A stretch of DNA of 64,000 bases from Diplonema japonicum (GCA_964019335.1 OZ025671.1:372001-436000), one strand, 5' to 3'; positions 12,229-23,684 are shown, numbered from the stretch's first letter. Notes: generated from the sequence alone by a model not told the origin. A program made the numbers and translations.

Positions 12229-12726
12229 CCCGAAAAGAAAAAAAACTGAATAGGCCATAGGTGGTTTACATGAGACGAAGGGTTTGCACGTCTTGTGTGG
12301 AGAGTATGCAGAAGCGGAAGATGTAAAAGCAGCCTCAGATGCGATGGTGTCCTCCTCTAGAATAGTTCCAGTCTTCCAGATCCCTGCTGAGTACATCCCG
12401 CAACAGAAGGTTAAACAAATTAAAAATATGAAAAAAAAGAGTGGGTAAGAAGGTGGGGATGACCGGTTGGAGGGCAAGATCGCTTTTTTTTTTTTTTTTT
12501 TTTTTTTGTCAAACAAATAAAAGAGTCAAAGTTAAAAAAAAATCCCACGTGTCGCACCCGGAGGGGGGAGAGTCTTATTTCCGACTATATGCATCAGCTA
12601 GCCAGAGGACGCAAAAGATAAAAGAGATCCATGGAGGGGGGGAGAAAAAAAACAGAACCACCCCAAATTTGAAGAAAAAAAAAAGATTTAGTGTTGAACA
12701 CCTGAGAGATTTAAAACAAAAGGAAA

Positions 12727-15700
12727 TTAAAGCATCTGTCCCATTGTTGGCCAAGCAGGCCTTGCATGAGCATCGAGCATGTCGCCTGCGTAGGTGTTTG
12801 AAGCGTTTAAAGCGTGGTTGCCACCGCCTATGGTTGAAGAACACTCGGGACACTTGGATTCCACCATTGCACCACCGCATTCACCAATGATGTACAAGTG
12901 GCCACAAGAGCATTTGAACCAGTGGCCTGCACCCATTCCGAGAGCTTTGGCTGCCATTTTCATGTTTCGGACAGTGGCTGCGTGGCCAAGCACCTCTGCT
13001 TCTATCTTTGTAATACGCTCTTCCCACGCATCCATGTCACTTGCCTCCTTTGCACATGCTTCAAAGGCACTTTGTTCGGCTGCGACCATTGCCTTCTCTT
13101 CCTTGTTGTCTGTTGATTTATCGACGAAGTATAACCTCCCTGCCATGACGAGTCTCCTTACTTGTAACACGAGCTTTACGGCGTCTTCTTCCTTCACTAT
13201 GTTTGTAAGCAGGTAGTGCAGCACATCTTCTGCCTCGTTCCCCGGCTTCCCGTATTGTGGCAGCTTCTCCCTCAGATCCGTCGATAAGAAAATGTCCACC
13301 TGATGCCTGAGTGCCAACAGGTCTTCCATCTTGCTCTGCTCGAGCCTCTGCTGCAGGTATTTCATTTCAGCTTCTTCCTGTAGCATCAGGGCTGCCGCGT
13401 GAGTGTTGTGCTCCCTCAGCCTTGCAATCAGGGACGCCTTCTCGTTGTTGAACTCCTGCTCGCATTCTACGATCTTCTTGCGTGCCATGTTAACGTCGAT
13501 GATAGACTGGTTCACCTCTTTACGATACCTTCCCGTGTCGTGCGGTGTGATGGGGCGGCGGCATGTTGGGCACGCCAGCCACTGTATTTTAGTTTCGTTA
13601 CGTCTGCTTTGCACGTAAGCATCGAAGACCTCCCCGTCAAATATGTGACCGCATGCCAGCTGCACCAAGAGAGTGTCGTCCTCGATGCCCACCATCATGA
13701 TGTCCTCGAACGTCCCCACATTGCAGTCTCCTTGGTCGCAGTAGGTTGGACATGCGTCACCGCAGTACCCCCTGCATTGATGCCCGCATGGGAGAAGCTT
13801 CTTGCATCTTTCGTCGCACTTTGGTCTGTCGCACACTTCCCAACACGTTTTCTTGCATTTGTGATGTTCACACGACCAGCCGCATTTCTCGACGCACTTC
13901 ACGCAAGGTGTCCCGCATGCTTTCCCGCAGCGGCTGTGCTCGCACGCCATGATGCAGTCTCTCTTGCATGGTGGGCACATCTTTGAGCAGGTGGAGTTGC
14001 AAGAGTGTCCGCACAGCAACGTTCTCTCGCAGTCGTTCATGCACTTGCTGTGCAGTGTGAACAAGCCTTTGTCACACTCACCGCATAGCTTGCTGCACCC
14101 ATGGTCACAAAGAAGCGTTGCGGCGCACTTTGTTTTGCATCGTATCCTTTCTGCGTCCAAGTAGCAGTAGCCTTGCTGCACATGGCCGCATTTCAGCTTT
14201 TTGTCAACATACGTTTTACACTTCTCCGTGCAAGGTTCGCCGCAATATTGATTGCACCTATGGCGGCAGGGAAGCATCTTCATACAAGGCGTTTTGCACT
14301 GTACAGTTTCCGGATCCTGAGAACACAGAATTTCCTGCTGGTGGCCGCATTTCAGGATTGCGCGGACCTTAATCATGCAAGGCCCACAGTCTTCGTAGCA
14401 TCTCTTTTTGCATTGATGCTCACAAGACCTTGGAGGGGTGCACGCCTCGCCTGATCTGCGACAGACTTCGTCGCAGTCGGAGTGCCCATGTACTGCTGCG
14501 TGGCATGGCTTTCTACAGGCGTGACCACAATCCATACGGACGGCACACTCCTTTCGGCACCCGCCAAGTGGGCACTTTTGCATGAATTCACGTGGATCAT
14601 AAATATGCGTTTGCTCGCCATGTGCTTCGCACTCCACGACCAGTGATGACTGCAGTATGTTCAAGTCCTTCGAGACGTAGTTTATCTGTTTTGTGTGTAA
14701 AAAGAGAAGTCAAACATACCACAGACTGCCATTCCGGAGAGACGGACTTAATGAAGTCCATATTTGCAATGACGTACATGCCCCATCTCGCGCGTGAGAG
14801 GGCAACAATCAAGCGGTTTTCCTTCTTCAAGAAGCCGTGGCCTTGGGTGCGCACGAGTGTGAGGATGATGATGTCGCTTTCTTCTCCCTGGAAGTTGTCC
14901 ACGCACGTTACTTTTAACTCCTTCAGCTTGTCGCTTTTGTCATGGTCGTTGATGATGTCGGAGATCTTGCTGCGCTGTCCATTGTACGGGACTAGGATGA
15001 CGACCTGGTGGGCGTCGTAGCCCTGCTGGAGGAGGTAGCATGCAAGCTCCACAGCGAAGTATGCTTCGAACTCGTTAGAAGGCGACGTACCTGCTTCATG
15101 GGTCTCGGGGTAGTGGTGGCTGAGGAACAACAGCGGTTTGCTGACGCCCTTCACCTTTTTGGGATGGTCCTCGGTGCTGGAGTGCGTCATGATCTCCTCT
15201 GGGTAGAACCGCGACGTGAGGCTACAAATTTCCTTCGTCATTCTACGCTGTGTTCTCAACATGGACGGCTGCATGCCACTCCGCACAAGCCGCTCCATCA
15301 TGGAGACACAGAGGTTCTTCCTCTGCATTGCCAAGTTATTCACCTTGGGTTGCAACTGCTTGTGGTCTCCAATCAAGATCAAGTGCTTCGTGTGAGGCGA
15401 AAGGACAGACAAGATATGGGACTCGAGCACCTCTGCTGCCTCTTCGACGATGACGATCTCAGGCTTCAGCTCTTCCAACATCTTTGAGTACTTTGCGCAG
15501 CCTGTTGTCGTAGCACCCACAATCCTGGACGTCTGCAGAATCCTCTGCGACAGTCTTATCTCTTCGGTCTCCTTGTCTCTGGAGCAGTCTTCGAATATCC
15601 TACACGTTGCTTTTATTTCCTCCTTCTTCGCGGTACGTGCTCCCTGGGTCCAGTTATCAAAGTACTTGTAACGTTCAGCTGCAGGAAGCGCCGAGTACTC

Positions 15701-18700
15701 TGCGTCTGTAGTGAGCTCTGGTAGGTTGTCCGTGAAATCTTGACCCAGCCTCCCAGCTTGGATGGCGTCCTCTTGGTCGTCGTCGCCCTTGTCGTTTTCT
15801 TCGCTGTTCCTGGCACCCTTGAAATCATCCCCATCCAGCCACGCCTCGACCACATTGTTGCTGCACCTCGTCAACCGCACAAGCTCTCTCGTGAGCTGTT
15901 TCACCGCTTTACGCGTGTCGCTTGCTTCTTGTGAAAAGCTTTCGAGTTTTTCCAATAATTTCTCAAGCCTTTCCACTTCTCTCTCGATGTCATTATGTTC
16001 CTGCCTATAACCAGCCTCCTTTCTATTGAAGTACGAATAGGCAGAGGGTGGGATCTTTGTCTCGGTAGAGTCCAAAAGCCTTTCGACTGTCAGCTCTGCG
16101 CAGCTTTGGTTGACATTCTTCGACAGTGACCAAAGTTCTCTCTTCAGCCTCTTGTATGCTATGTTGTTCGGCAGGCCATAGATGAGCTCGATGATGTTGT
16201 GCATCTTGATGAGCGGGACCTTCGTGGACCCACCGATCCTCACTATTCTGTCTTCGATCCCGCCTTCGAGGAGATCTCCCAGAACAGAGTCAAGCGCATG
16301 GTTCGTGTAACACAGGATGAGGATGGGCGGCTTGTGCTCGTCGTCGATGTCCCAACGGATCCTATCAGATTCCTCACGCTGCTCGCTTATGGACGTCTTG
16401 TCCCTGTCCGTCCCCCACAACGTGTCCAACAAAATCTGAATAATCTTGAGACCGACAAAAGTCTTCCCCGTACCGGGAGGGCCTTGTATAATAGCCACTT
16501 CATGCCGCAGGGCATTCATGATGCTATTATACTGCGCTTCGTCGATGGTGCTCATGTCGGGGGTTAGCTCAGGGGGGTCCGTGCCGTTCTTCCACAGTAA
16601 CTGGGGCTGTCCCGGAAGTAACAGGGAGTCGAAGACTATTTCGTCGTGGTCTTCCAACGAAGCCGGCGGGTTGAACGTAGTCAGCGCGTCGGGCTTTGCA
16701 AGTAAAACGTCGCGGAATGGGAGCTCGTCCAGTTCAGTGTTCTGAATGCCACGCAGCACGTGGGAGTAGGCTTCGAAGAATGCGGTCGACTCGATCATGT
16801 CGTACATGGTGCCGACCTCCATCGTGTGTTTAGGGAAGCGCGCGGCGAAGGTCATCGAGGTGCTAGTTTCCTCGACTGTGGTCTTGTTGCCCTGTACCGT
16901 CGCCCACAACAGCGAATGCTTCTTGAACGCATCGTCAGAGAAGCACAACAACGACCCAGTTTTAAGCCTGTTACGTGGGAAGCTCTGCCCATCGGACTTC
17001 GGGATGCAAATCCTGTAAACAACACCCATGGTGCTAGTTCCCATGCCGGTGACAGTGACGCCTTTGTTGAACCAGATATCGGAGGTGGCAGACTTCCCGA
17101 GCGCGTTCATTCCTGCACGAAGCGGGCTGAAGAAGTCCTCTCTGAGAAGGTGGAACTGTGTATTGAAATGCCACTGCAGACTAGGAACCTCCCTGTCTAC
17201 GACAGCTGCATCAGGTTCAGCAACGTCATCGTACACATCGTCAAAGGAGTCCACGTCAACGTCGAGGAAGGTGTAGTCGTCTAGCTTGTGCTTCTGATCG
17301 GAGGCTGCGTCCTTTTCAAGATTTTCGACAAACTCCTCCAGCCTTTTATGCTCCTTGAACCGCTCCAGATGTGCCTTGCCCTCCTCCAGCGTTATTTGGG
17401 ACTTATTCACTTTGCATATCGCACACAGCACATCGGCAGCAGCTGCATCTTTTGAGATGAGCTTTGCTTTCAAATAGTTTGAAAACTGTCGTATCCCAGC
17501 TGCTTTCAAGCAACTTGTAGCATGAAGAGACTCCTCGCCTGCCTGCAGGGCATGGTGGTACATTTCCTGCAACAGCCCGCAAGCGCGGTCGATCCCTGTC
17601 TGCATCCTCAGAATAGACTTCACCTTGAAGAGGTTGTCGTTGATCTCCTTCCATGAAAGCTTCACGTTGTCAAGTTGGACCAACCACAGCAGACTGCTGT
17701 CACCATCAGGGTTACTGCGCAGGAGAACCTCCTTGTTCTTGTTGTCGTAAGAACTCGGTTGGAAGACGCGGCCTTGACTTTTCCCCCGGTTTTCTTCAGC
17801 AGGTTCGGCTCTCCGTACGAAGACGGGGTTGTTGTTCCCTTTGCGACCCTTCTCACCGCCATCTTCGTGCCCTTTGCCCTTGTCGCCCTTTCCTTTGTAT
17901 CCTTTGCCTTCGTTTGGGTTGTTTCCTTTTCCTGCACCTTCGCCCTTGCCCTTTATTCCTTTTCGGTTGAAGGGAGCTTCATCGGCTTCACGCTCGATAC
18001 CGAAAGCATGGTGCTCGTCGTGACCTTTGCCCTTGGACCCTTTGCTGTAGTCACTGGCCACTGACATCACGTCATCGTCATGGTGTCCTCTACCTTTCAA
18101 GCCCCTTGCGACTTCTTCATAGTCGTGACCTTTACCCCTGTACCCTTTGCTGTAGTTACTGGCCACTGACATCACGTCATCGTCATGGTGTCCTTTTCCT
18201 TTCAAACCCCTTTGGACTTCCTCATAGTCGTGACCTTTGCCCTTGGACCCTTTGCTGTAGTCACTGGCCACCGACATCATGTCGTCATCGTCGTGTCCTT
18301 TTCCTTTGCTGATGTGTCCATATCCTTTGCCTTTTCCTTCATCGTCATCGTCATTGTAACTCGCATTCCCTTTGTGTCCCTTTCCACTGAACTCGCCTCT
18401 TGAACCCTTGCTATGATCGCTTGAAATGGACATGGCGTCATCGTCGTATCCCTTGCCCTTTGTCCCCTTGTGGCCTTTGTCGTGATACCCCTTCCCTTTG
18501 TCCTTTGATCCTTTGTTGTCCTCGTGACCTTTCCCTCCGTCTTCATCACGACTGTGTCCCTTCCCCTTGTAGCTATTGTCGCCTTTTCCTTTGCCCTTTT
18601 CGTTCCAGCTGTTTTCATCGTCAAAGTGACCTTTACCCTTGCCTTTATCATGACCATAGCCTTTGCCTTTGTATTCATCCTCATTGTCATAAGGATATCC

Positions 18701-19234
18701 CTTGTAGCCCTTTGAGACCATACCCCAGCTATGGCTGCTGTAACCTTTGCCTTCACTGTCGTCGTTGTAGAAGCCTTTCCCTTTCGAGCCCTTTGAGGAT
18801 TCTTCACCATACCCTTTGCCTTTTCCGTAATCGCTATCACTCACATCCCTCTTGTCCCCTCTTGAGTCCTTTGTGTCATCGTCGTAACCCTTGCCCTTTG
18901 TCCCTTTGTGGCCTTTGTAGTCCTCATAGTTGGATCCCTTCCCCTTGTGGCCTTTGTAGTCCTCATCATTGGATCCCTTCCCCTTGTGGCCCTTGTAGTC
19001 CTCATCATTGGATCCTTTCCCTTTGTAGGCTTCTTCATCTTGGTAGTAGCCTTTCCGCCCTTCTTTTCCCTTCCCCTTTCCTCCGTCTGTGTCGTCCCCG
19101 TATCCTTTGGACCCCTTTCCGTATTCGCCTCGGTTGCCTGTGTGCTCTTCACTGTTGCCCTTCTTTCCCTTCATGCCCTTGCTTCGCATGAGATCAATGA
19201 TTGCCTCATCAACATCTTCGTTCACGTCCTCCAT
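12727..19234 (-). CDS. ZNFX1: ZNFX1-like SF1 (UPF1-type) RNA helicase with NF-X1 zinc fingers, RING-like domain and C-terminal RZ finger; exons 19234-14720 and 14685-12727, ~2157 aa
   Basis: HFNTQFHLLREDFFSPLRAG; Walker A QGPPGTGKT; VEEAAE; LIGDHKQLQP; VDNFQGEE; VALSRAR; many LxCGHxC NF-X1 repeats; RZ motif GHWFKCSCGHLYIIGECGGAMVESKCPECSSTIGG. A 34-nt GTATGT..ACAG intron (14686-14719) joins the two track ORFs in frame. Confidence 0.9.
18017..19030 (-). repeat. Coding tandem repeats in the ZNFX1 N-terminal low-complexity region: ~2.7 x 105 bp and ~3 x 39 bp
   Basis: 35-aa unit KGKGH(D/H)DDD(M/V)MSVASxYSKGxxGKGHDYEEVxRGL at ~18017-18305; 13-aa unit GSNxEDYKGHKGK at ~18905-19030. Confidence 0.85.
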
Positions 19235-19382
19235 GGTGCCTTGTGGTAATGGTGTATGCAGGCGGTATGGTTGGGAATCAGTGTACAACAAACAAGGAAA
19301 AAAAAAAGAAGAAGAGAGGAGGAAAATAATGGAACCAAGATGTCCACACTTGCATCTTTCTTTTATTTAATACTTTATACTT

Positions 19383-20327
19383 TTATTTCAGGATAGACCG
19401 CAAGGGCGAAGTCGCCGAGTTCTCCAAGCGCATCCTGAGGGTGGGGGGGTTTTCTATATTGCAGGGCAGGTTGTATATCCCTGGGACCTGCCGTGGATCG
19501 AGTGCTTCGGAGTCGTAAAGAAAGGTGCAAGGCTTGTGGCGGTACTCAGAGAGGCCGGGAGCGTTGAGGAGCCTGCTGAGCGGGTTGAAGTACCCGAGCT
19601 TCACGAGATGGGCATTGCTTGAAGGATCGATAACTTTGCAATAAACGACCTCCGGCCGCTGCTCAATGGTGAGCGGAGTCGCAGGCGACGACAGAGGGAA
19701 CCCGAAGGACCCCACCGTCGCTGCTGGGTTGAGTTCCCTTGCTTGGTGGTAGAGAGTGTGTTGTTCACCGGATTTAAGCCCAACCGCTGACTTGATAATG
19801 CTAAACGACTCATTCCCACGCAGACGGATAGACAGGTGCGGCCTTCCAGGTGTCTTCACAAGGAAATAGAAGTATTCAGATTGATAGTCAGATCTGGTGG
19901 GTGACGGTTCCAGGTCAAGCTCGTTGTCAGGGACTTCATGGTAAAGGCGTGTGATGCCTGTTGCGGTGGAGGAAGTTGCGGATCGGGAGGCGACTTCTTC
20001 GTAGAGGGCCTCCTCTTCGTCTTGGGTTTGCATGGCGTCGTGATCCCTTAGGAAAACAGCGAGAGAGGTGAAGCCGTTGTCGAAGGCAAGGTGTTGGGGT
20101 TTCATCCCTTCCACGTCCCTCTCGCCTATCTTCATCCCGTTTCTGCACAGTAGTTTCACAACAACATCGTGGCCGTTGGCAGCTGCCATGTGGAGGCCTG
20201 TCTGTTCGTTTCCATCCTTCAGCTTTGCCAGCGCCTCCTCTCCCCTCATCATGCTGTCAACACCTACTACATCTCCCTCGCTGCATGCTTCAAAAAACTC
20301 TGTCTGGAGCTTGTACCTCACAGACAT
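19383..20327 (-). CDS. Ankyrin-repeat protein with two C-terminal ubiquitin-like segments
   Basis: Ankyrin repeats FFEACSEGD, QTGLHMAAANGHDVVVKLL and KPQHLAFDNG. The C-terminal beta-grasp-like duplications (TLYHQARELNPAATVGSFGF; TFLYDSEALDPRQVPGIYNL) are an inference. Confidence 0.75.
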   Translation of the reverse strand: MSVRYKLQTEFFEACSEGDVVGVDSMMRGEEALAKLKDGNEQTGLHMAAANGHDVVVKLLCRNGMKIGERDVEGMKPQHLAFDNGFTSLAVFLRDHDAMQTQDEEEALYEEVASRSATSSTATGITRLYHEVPDNELDLEPSPTRSDYQSEYFYFLVKTPGRPHLSIRLRGNESFSIIKSAVGLKSGEQHTLYHQARELNPAATVGSFGFPLSSPATPLTIEQRPEVVYCKVIDPSSNAHLVKLGYFNPLSRLLNAPGLSEYRHKPCTFLYDSEALDPRQVPGIYNLPCNIENPPTLRMRLENSATSPLRSILK

Positions 20328-20744
20328 AGACAACACCAGACCCGCCCCGCTTGATGGATTTTTTTTTTTTTTTTTTCCGATGGAGGGAAGCGGAATTATA
20401 GTAATAATAAAAGACTTTATGAACAAGAGGGAAAAAAAAAAAAATAAAGGAAGAAAAACATAAATACAGAATAAAAAGAAAAAAAAAACGGATTTATTAG
20501 CAAGGGGTGAGAGACAGCGAGGGGTGGTTTAACAGAGACAGGAGAGAGAAAAAAAAATATATATGAGTTAAAGGAGGCCGGTGTTGGCGGCGCCCTGCAC
20601 AAGAACTGTCTACTTGATTACAGGGGGCGCACCGCGGCCGAGTTGTAGCTTCTTCTGCGTTCCGCGTCGTGTCCTTAATGCGTGCGGTGTACAGCTCAAC
20701 CCCAGCCGGGACGTCCCGGTACCAAGATTCTGCGCTCGCAGTTT

Positions 20745-20878
20745 GCTGCCTGTTCGTCACCCTGAGCATCTGCGTTACGTTCTTCCACTCGGGCGCTACC
20801 GGTGATGACCGACGAGGAGGTCAACAGCGAACAACACATCTGATGGTTTTCTTATATTTTCATGTTATCTCCACCACC
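20745..20878 (-). ncRNA. HDV-like (nested double pseudoknot) self-cleaving ribozyme
   Basis: P1 GGTGGTG (20878-20872) pairs with CATCACC (20807-20801). P2 GCTGTTG pairs with CAGGCAGC (one bulge). P3 ACC/GGT closes L3 TCCTCGTC. P1.1 is CC/GG. P4 is CGCCCGAGT/GCTCAGGGTG. J4/2 is ACGAA with the catalytic C at 20756. Confidence 0.85.
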
Positions 20879-20884
20879 TAAATC

Positions 20885-20954
20885 CGCCGGAGTGGGGTTT
20901 GAACCCGCTTCGCCTAGGTGCAGGGCAAAGCCCTCCCAACTAGACCACCCTGGC
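20885..20954 (-). tRNA. Degenerate tRNA-like sequence (pseudo-tRNA or SINE head) with Pol III A and B boxes
   Basis: GCCAGGG-TGGTCTAGTTGG (A box)..GGTTCAAACCC (B box)..CTCCGGC-G. The D arm pairs, the acceptor and T stems have mismatches, and the anticodon arm is irregular, so it is unlikely to be a functional tRNA. Confidence 0.7.
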
Positions 20955-20959
20955 CTTTG

Positions 20960-21004
<45 letters not shown>

Positions 21005-21083
21005 GGAGGCACTTTTCTTTTTTCTTTTTTTTCTTTTTCTCCTCTCTTCTTTCTTTATTTCTTAATTCTATTAATTTCTTCGT

Positions 21084-22406
21084 TCACCTAAAAGGAGCTG
21101 GGGGAGTTCGGAAGCGCGATCTTGGCTGCTGGCCAGAGGCGTTGTAGGCGGAATAGATGGTTTTTATCTGTTTTTTTTTTTCTTTTTTCTGTTGTAAAAA
21201 TCTTTTTCATCCCCTCAAACACACCGACTGATATTTCTTCGGAACGCCAATGCCGTTGTGGTTGCTGCTGTCGATGTCAAAGGATCGCATCCGCAGCACT
21301 GTGTCACCAGGGGATCTGGAACGATTGCGAGGGATTAAAGAAGCTGTGGATGGAGACGGGGTCCTGCTTTTCACAGACGGTGATCTACTGTAGTCGCTGG
21401 GTTGGGTTCGCTTCGAGGCGAGCGCACTACGCGGCTGCCTTGAGACCTCTTTGTGACCACCCTCAAGCTCTCTAGCCAACGCCTTGGAGAGCGAAACGAC
21501 TAGATCTACCTTAGCAGAATACATCCTGGCACCGTTCCCATTTTTTTTCACGAAATCGTGGAATAATGGGTCGCTCTGCAATTCTTGTGCTTTTTCGCAA
21601 AGCTCGATGATGGGGCCTCGGATGGACTTTGCCTTCGGAGCCGGGAGGGATCCCTTGCTCGTACTCTTTCTTTCAAACCCAGATAATTGCCGTTTTAACG
21701 ATTCCAGTATTGACTCCTTACCCTTCATGCTTTCTGTCAGGTTCTTTACTTTTTGCTTAAGCATTTGGTTTTCTTCCAGTATTCCATTGGACTCTTCCCT
21801 AGAAAGGTCGATTTGAGCATCGTTGTAGTAGCTTTCATCATCCCGCAGGGTTTTCAAAGCGGTTTGTGCGGTGTTGTATAAGCCTTCGAGGCGGGTGTTT
21901 TCTTTTGTTTTTTCTTTTAGTTTCAGGTTCAGATTTTGTATTTCTGTTTTGAGCCCGGTGGCATCCACGTGCTGGTGTTCCAGTTTCTTCTTCATTTTGC
22001 TTATAAGACGAAGGAGCTCTTCGTTCTTTTCCCGCGCGTCGCTCTCGCTTACAGCACGTAATCCTTGTATCACCTCCTCCCTTGGACGATGGTTAGCGCA
22101 GAGATATATCTCGCACACAGGGCATCTCCCAACCTCTTTCCCTTCTTCGACATGTTGCCTGCACACACGGCACAGAACTCCCCGTTGCACCCCGCATGGT
22201 TCTATTTTTACAACATTCGAATGCTCTCTGTAGCAGGTGTCTACGGGATGGGTTTTTAAATTCTTCTGCAGCAGCGGGATCTTCCCGACCTCCAGATCTA
22301 CCACGCACCTATCGCCTTCTTCTATTATCTTGCCCACCAAACCGTTCAAATGGAGGAATTGTTCCAACTTCAAACCCTCCACTTCCACCCATGAACCTTT
22401 TCGCAT
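21084..22406 (-). CDS. Hypothetical protein: SH3/KOW-like N-terminus, Cys/His zinc finger, coiled coil; exons 22406-21225 and 21167-21084, ~421 aa
   Basis: GSWVEVEGL..LNGLVGKI..RCVVDL and CRVC..CPVCEIYLCANH. A 57-nt GTGTGT..ACAG intron (21168-21224) removes the 21207 stop and adds IKTIYSAYNASGQQPRSRFRTPPAPFR*. Confidence 0.7.
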
Positions 22407-23070
22407 TTTTTTTTCTTTTTTTTTTTTTGCTGGTTTAAAGTGGTACGTACTCAGATCTTGAGGGTATCCATATTTGCCCAGTGGAGAGGCCGTAAGGCTC
22501 CAGTCTGCAGGGGGGCGTGCCACCCTCGGGACAGCACGTGGGCCGATGTTGTACCCCCTCCCCAGCAAAGTAACCTTAGCCAGTGGTTCGTGAAGCGCCT
22601 ATTGGCCGACAGCAAGAGATTTCCTTGCACAAAGCGAGCGAGCCAAGGTGCCCCCAGAACGGCCCTCCAGCCCCAAAGGACGCCAAGGTGAAGATTGGGA
22701 GGGTCTCCCAAGATTGGGAGTTTGTCACTCCGGTATTTTTCTCTCCGGAATTTTCGCTTTACAGTATTTTTTTCTTCTTTTTTTTTCCCAACGAAGGATT
22801 TTATGAAAAGAAGAATAACATGGTCATACAAAGAGAGGGAATGTGGGGGGGGGGGGGGGGGGGGAGATTTGTTTCGTGTTACCCCCCTTTTTTCTTTCCA
22901 ATTGCTTCTTCATAAGTTACCTCATCCAAAGCAAGGGGGGGGATTGAGCCCGAGATATTAAAAAGAACAAATATTTAATAAAAAAAAAGAAGAGTTTACA
23001 TATCGACCGTACATTACTTTATTCTTCCTTTCGTTGTAAAAAAAGAGAAGAAAAAGAAGAAGAAGGAAAG

Positions 23071-23103
<33 letters not shown>

Positions 23104-23684
23104 GCTGGCCGTTGTTTGTACGTGTCGGGGGGGAGTAGAAACCAGGAGAAGTTTTTAACCCGCAACAAGCTCGCTCCCTTTCGTTTAGACAAGTGAAAGA
23201 AGAAAAAAAATCTTTTTTGTATCGGAAAGAAGAAAAAAAATCTAAAAAAGGGGGGAGACACTATACATGGGGATGTCATAACGGGGGGGGGGGGGTGTTT
23301 TATATAAACAGTCATCATTGAAGAGACATATACACCAAGGTTTCTTTTGCTGTTCAAAGAACAGAGAAAAGTAAACACGAAAATAAACAAGCAGTGGTAA
23401 AACTTACAATAGAGAGCTCTCTACGCCACCCCTTCTAACCAAGCCACGAAGGGCTAGTGCTGCCCTGAAAATAATAATTTTGAAAACTTGTCGAGTGGTT
23501 TAAGAAAAAAAAAGAAAAAAAAAAACCGGCACAAGTAATGACAAGTTCTAATTTTCAAAAATTCGCATTTGAACATCTTTACTTGTTTTTTTTTTTTTTT
23601 TCCTAGGAGGGGGAAGAAGATGAAGCTAACAGCTATGAAACGTGAGGAGGACGAAGAGAGAAAGAAGAAGAAGAACGAAAGAAA

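Larger units (their letters stand above)
20560..20954 (-). mobile_element. Candidate SINE-like composite element: tRNA-derived head, HDV-like ribozyme and conserved 3' tail ending near a T-run
   Basis: A/B boxes, then the ribozyme fold, then a tail shared with a second copy at 53057-53194. A T-run on the minus strand near 20548-20557 could act as a Pol III terminator. No target-site duplication was seen. Confidence 0.6.

Noticed and set aside
14597-14720. Apparent frameshift or stop read-through between overlapping ORFs (also at 24.1, 25.2, 28.2-28.7 and 59.5-59.7 kb)
   Set aside because: Each case is resolved by a short GT-AG intron, so no recoding or alternative genetic code is needed.
20622-20730. 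A second, plus-strand CPEB3-like ribozyme (GGGGGC..GCG TTCCGCGT CGT GTCCTT)
   Set aside because: No valid P1.1, J4/2 or P2 3' strand.
20497-20769. 90-aa ORF inside the element
   Set aside because: It overlaps the ribozyme and tail, has no recognisable domain, and its start is deleted in the second copy.
20885-20954. Functional tRNA-Cys (CT-GCA-CC loop)
   Set aside because: The anticodon stem only pairs around a 9-nt loop, leaving no variable loop, and the acceptor and T stems have mismatches.
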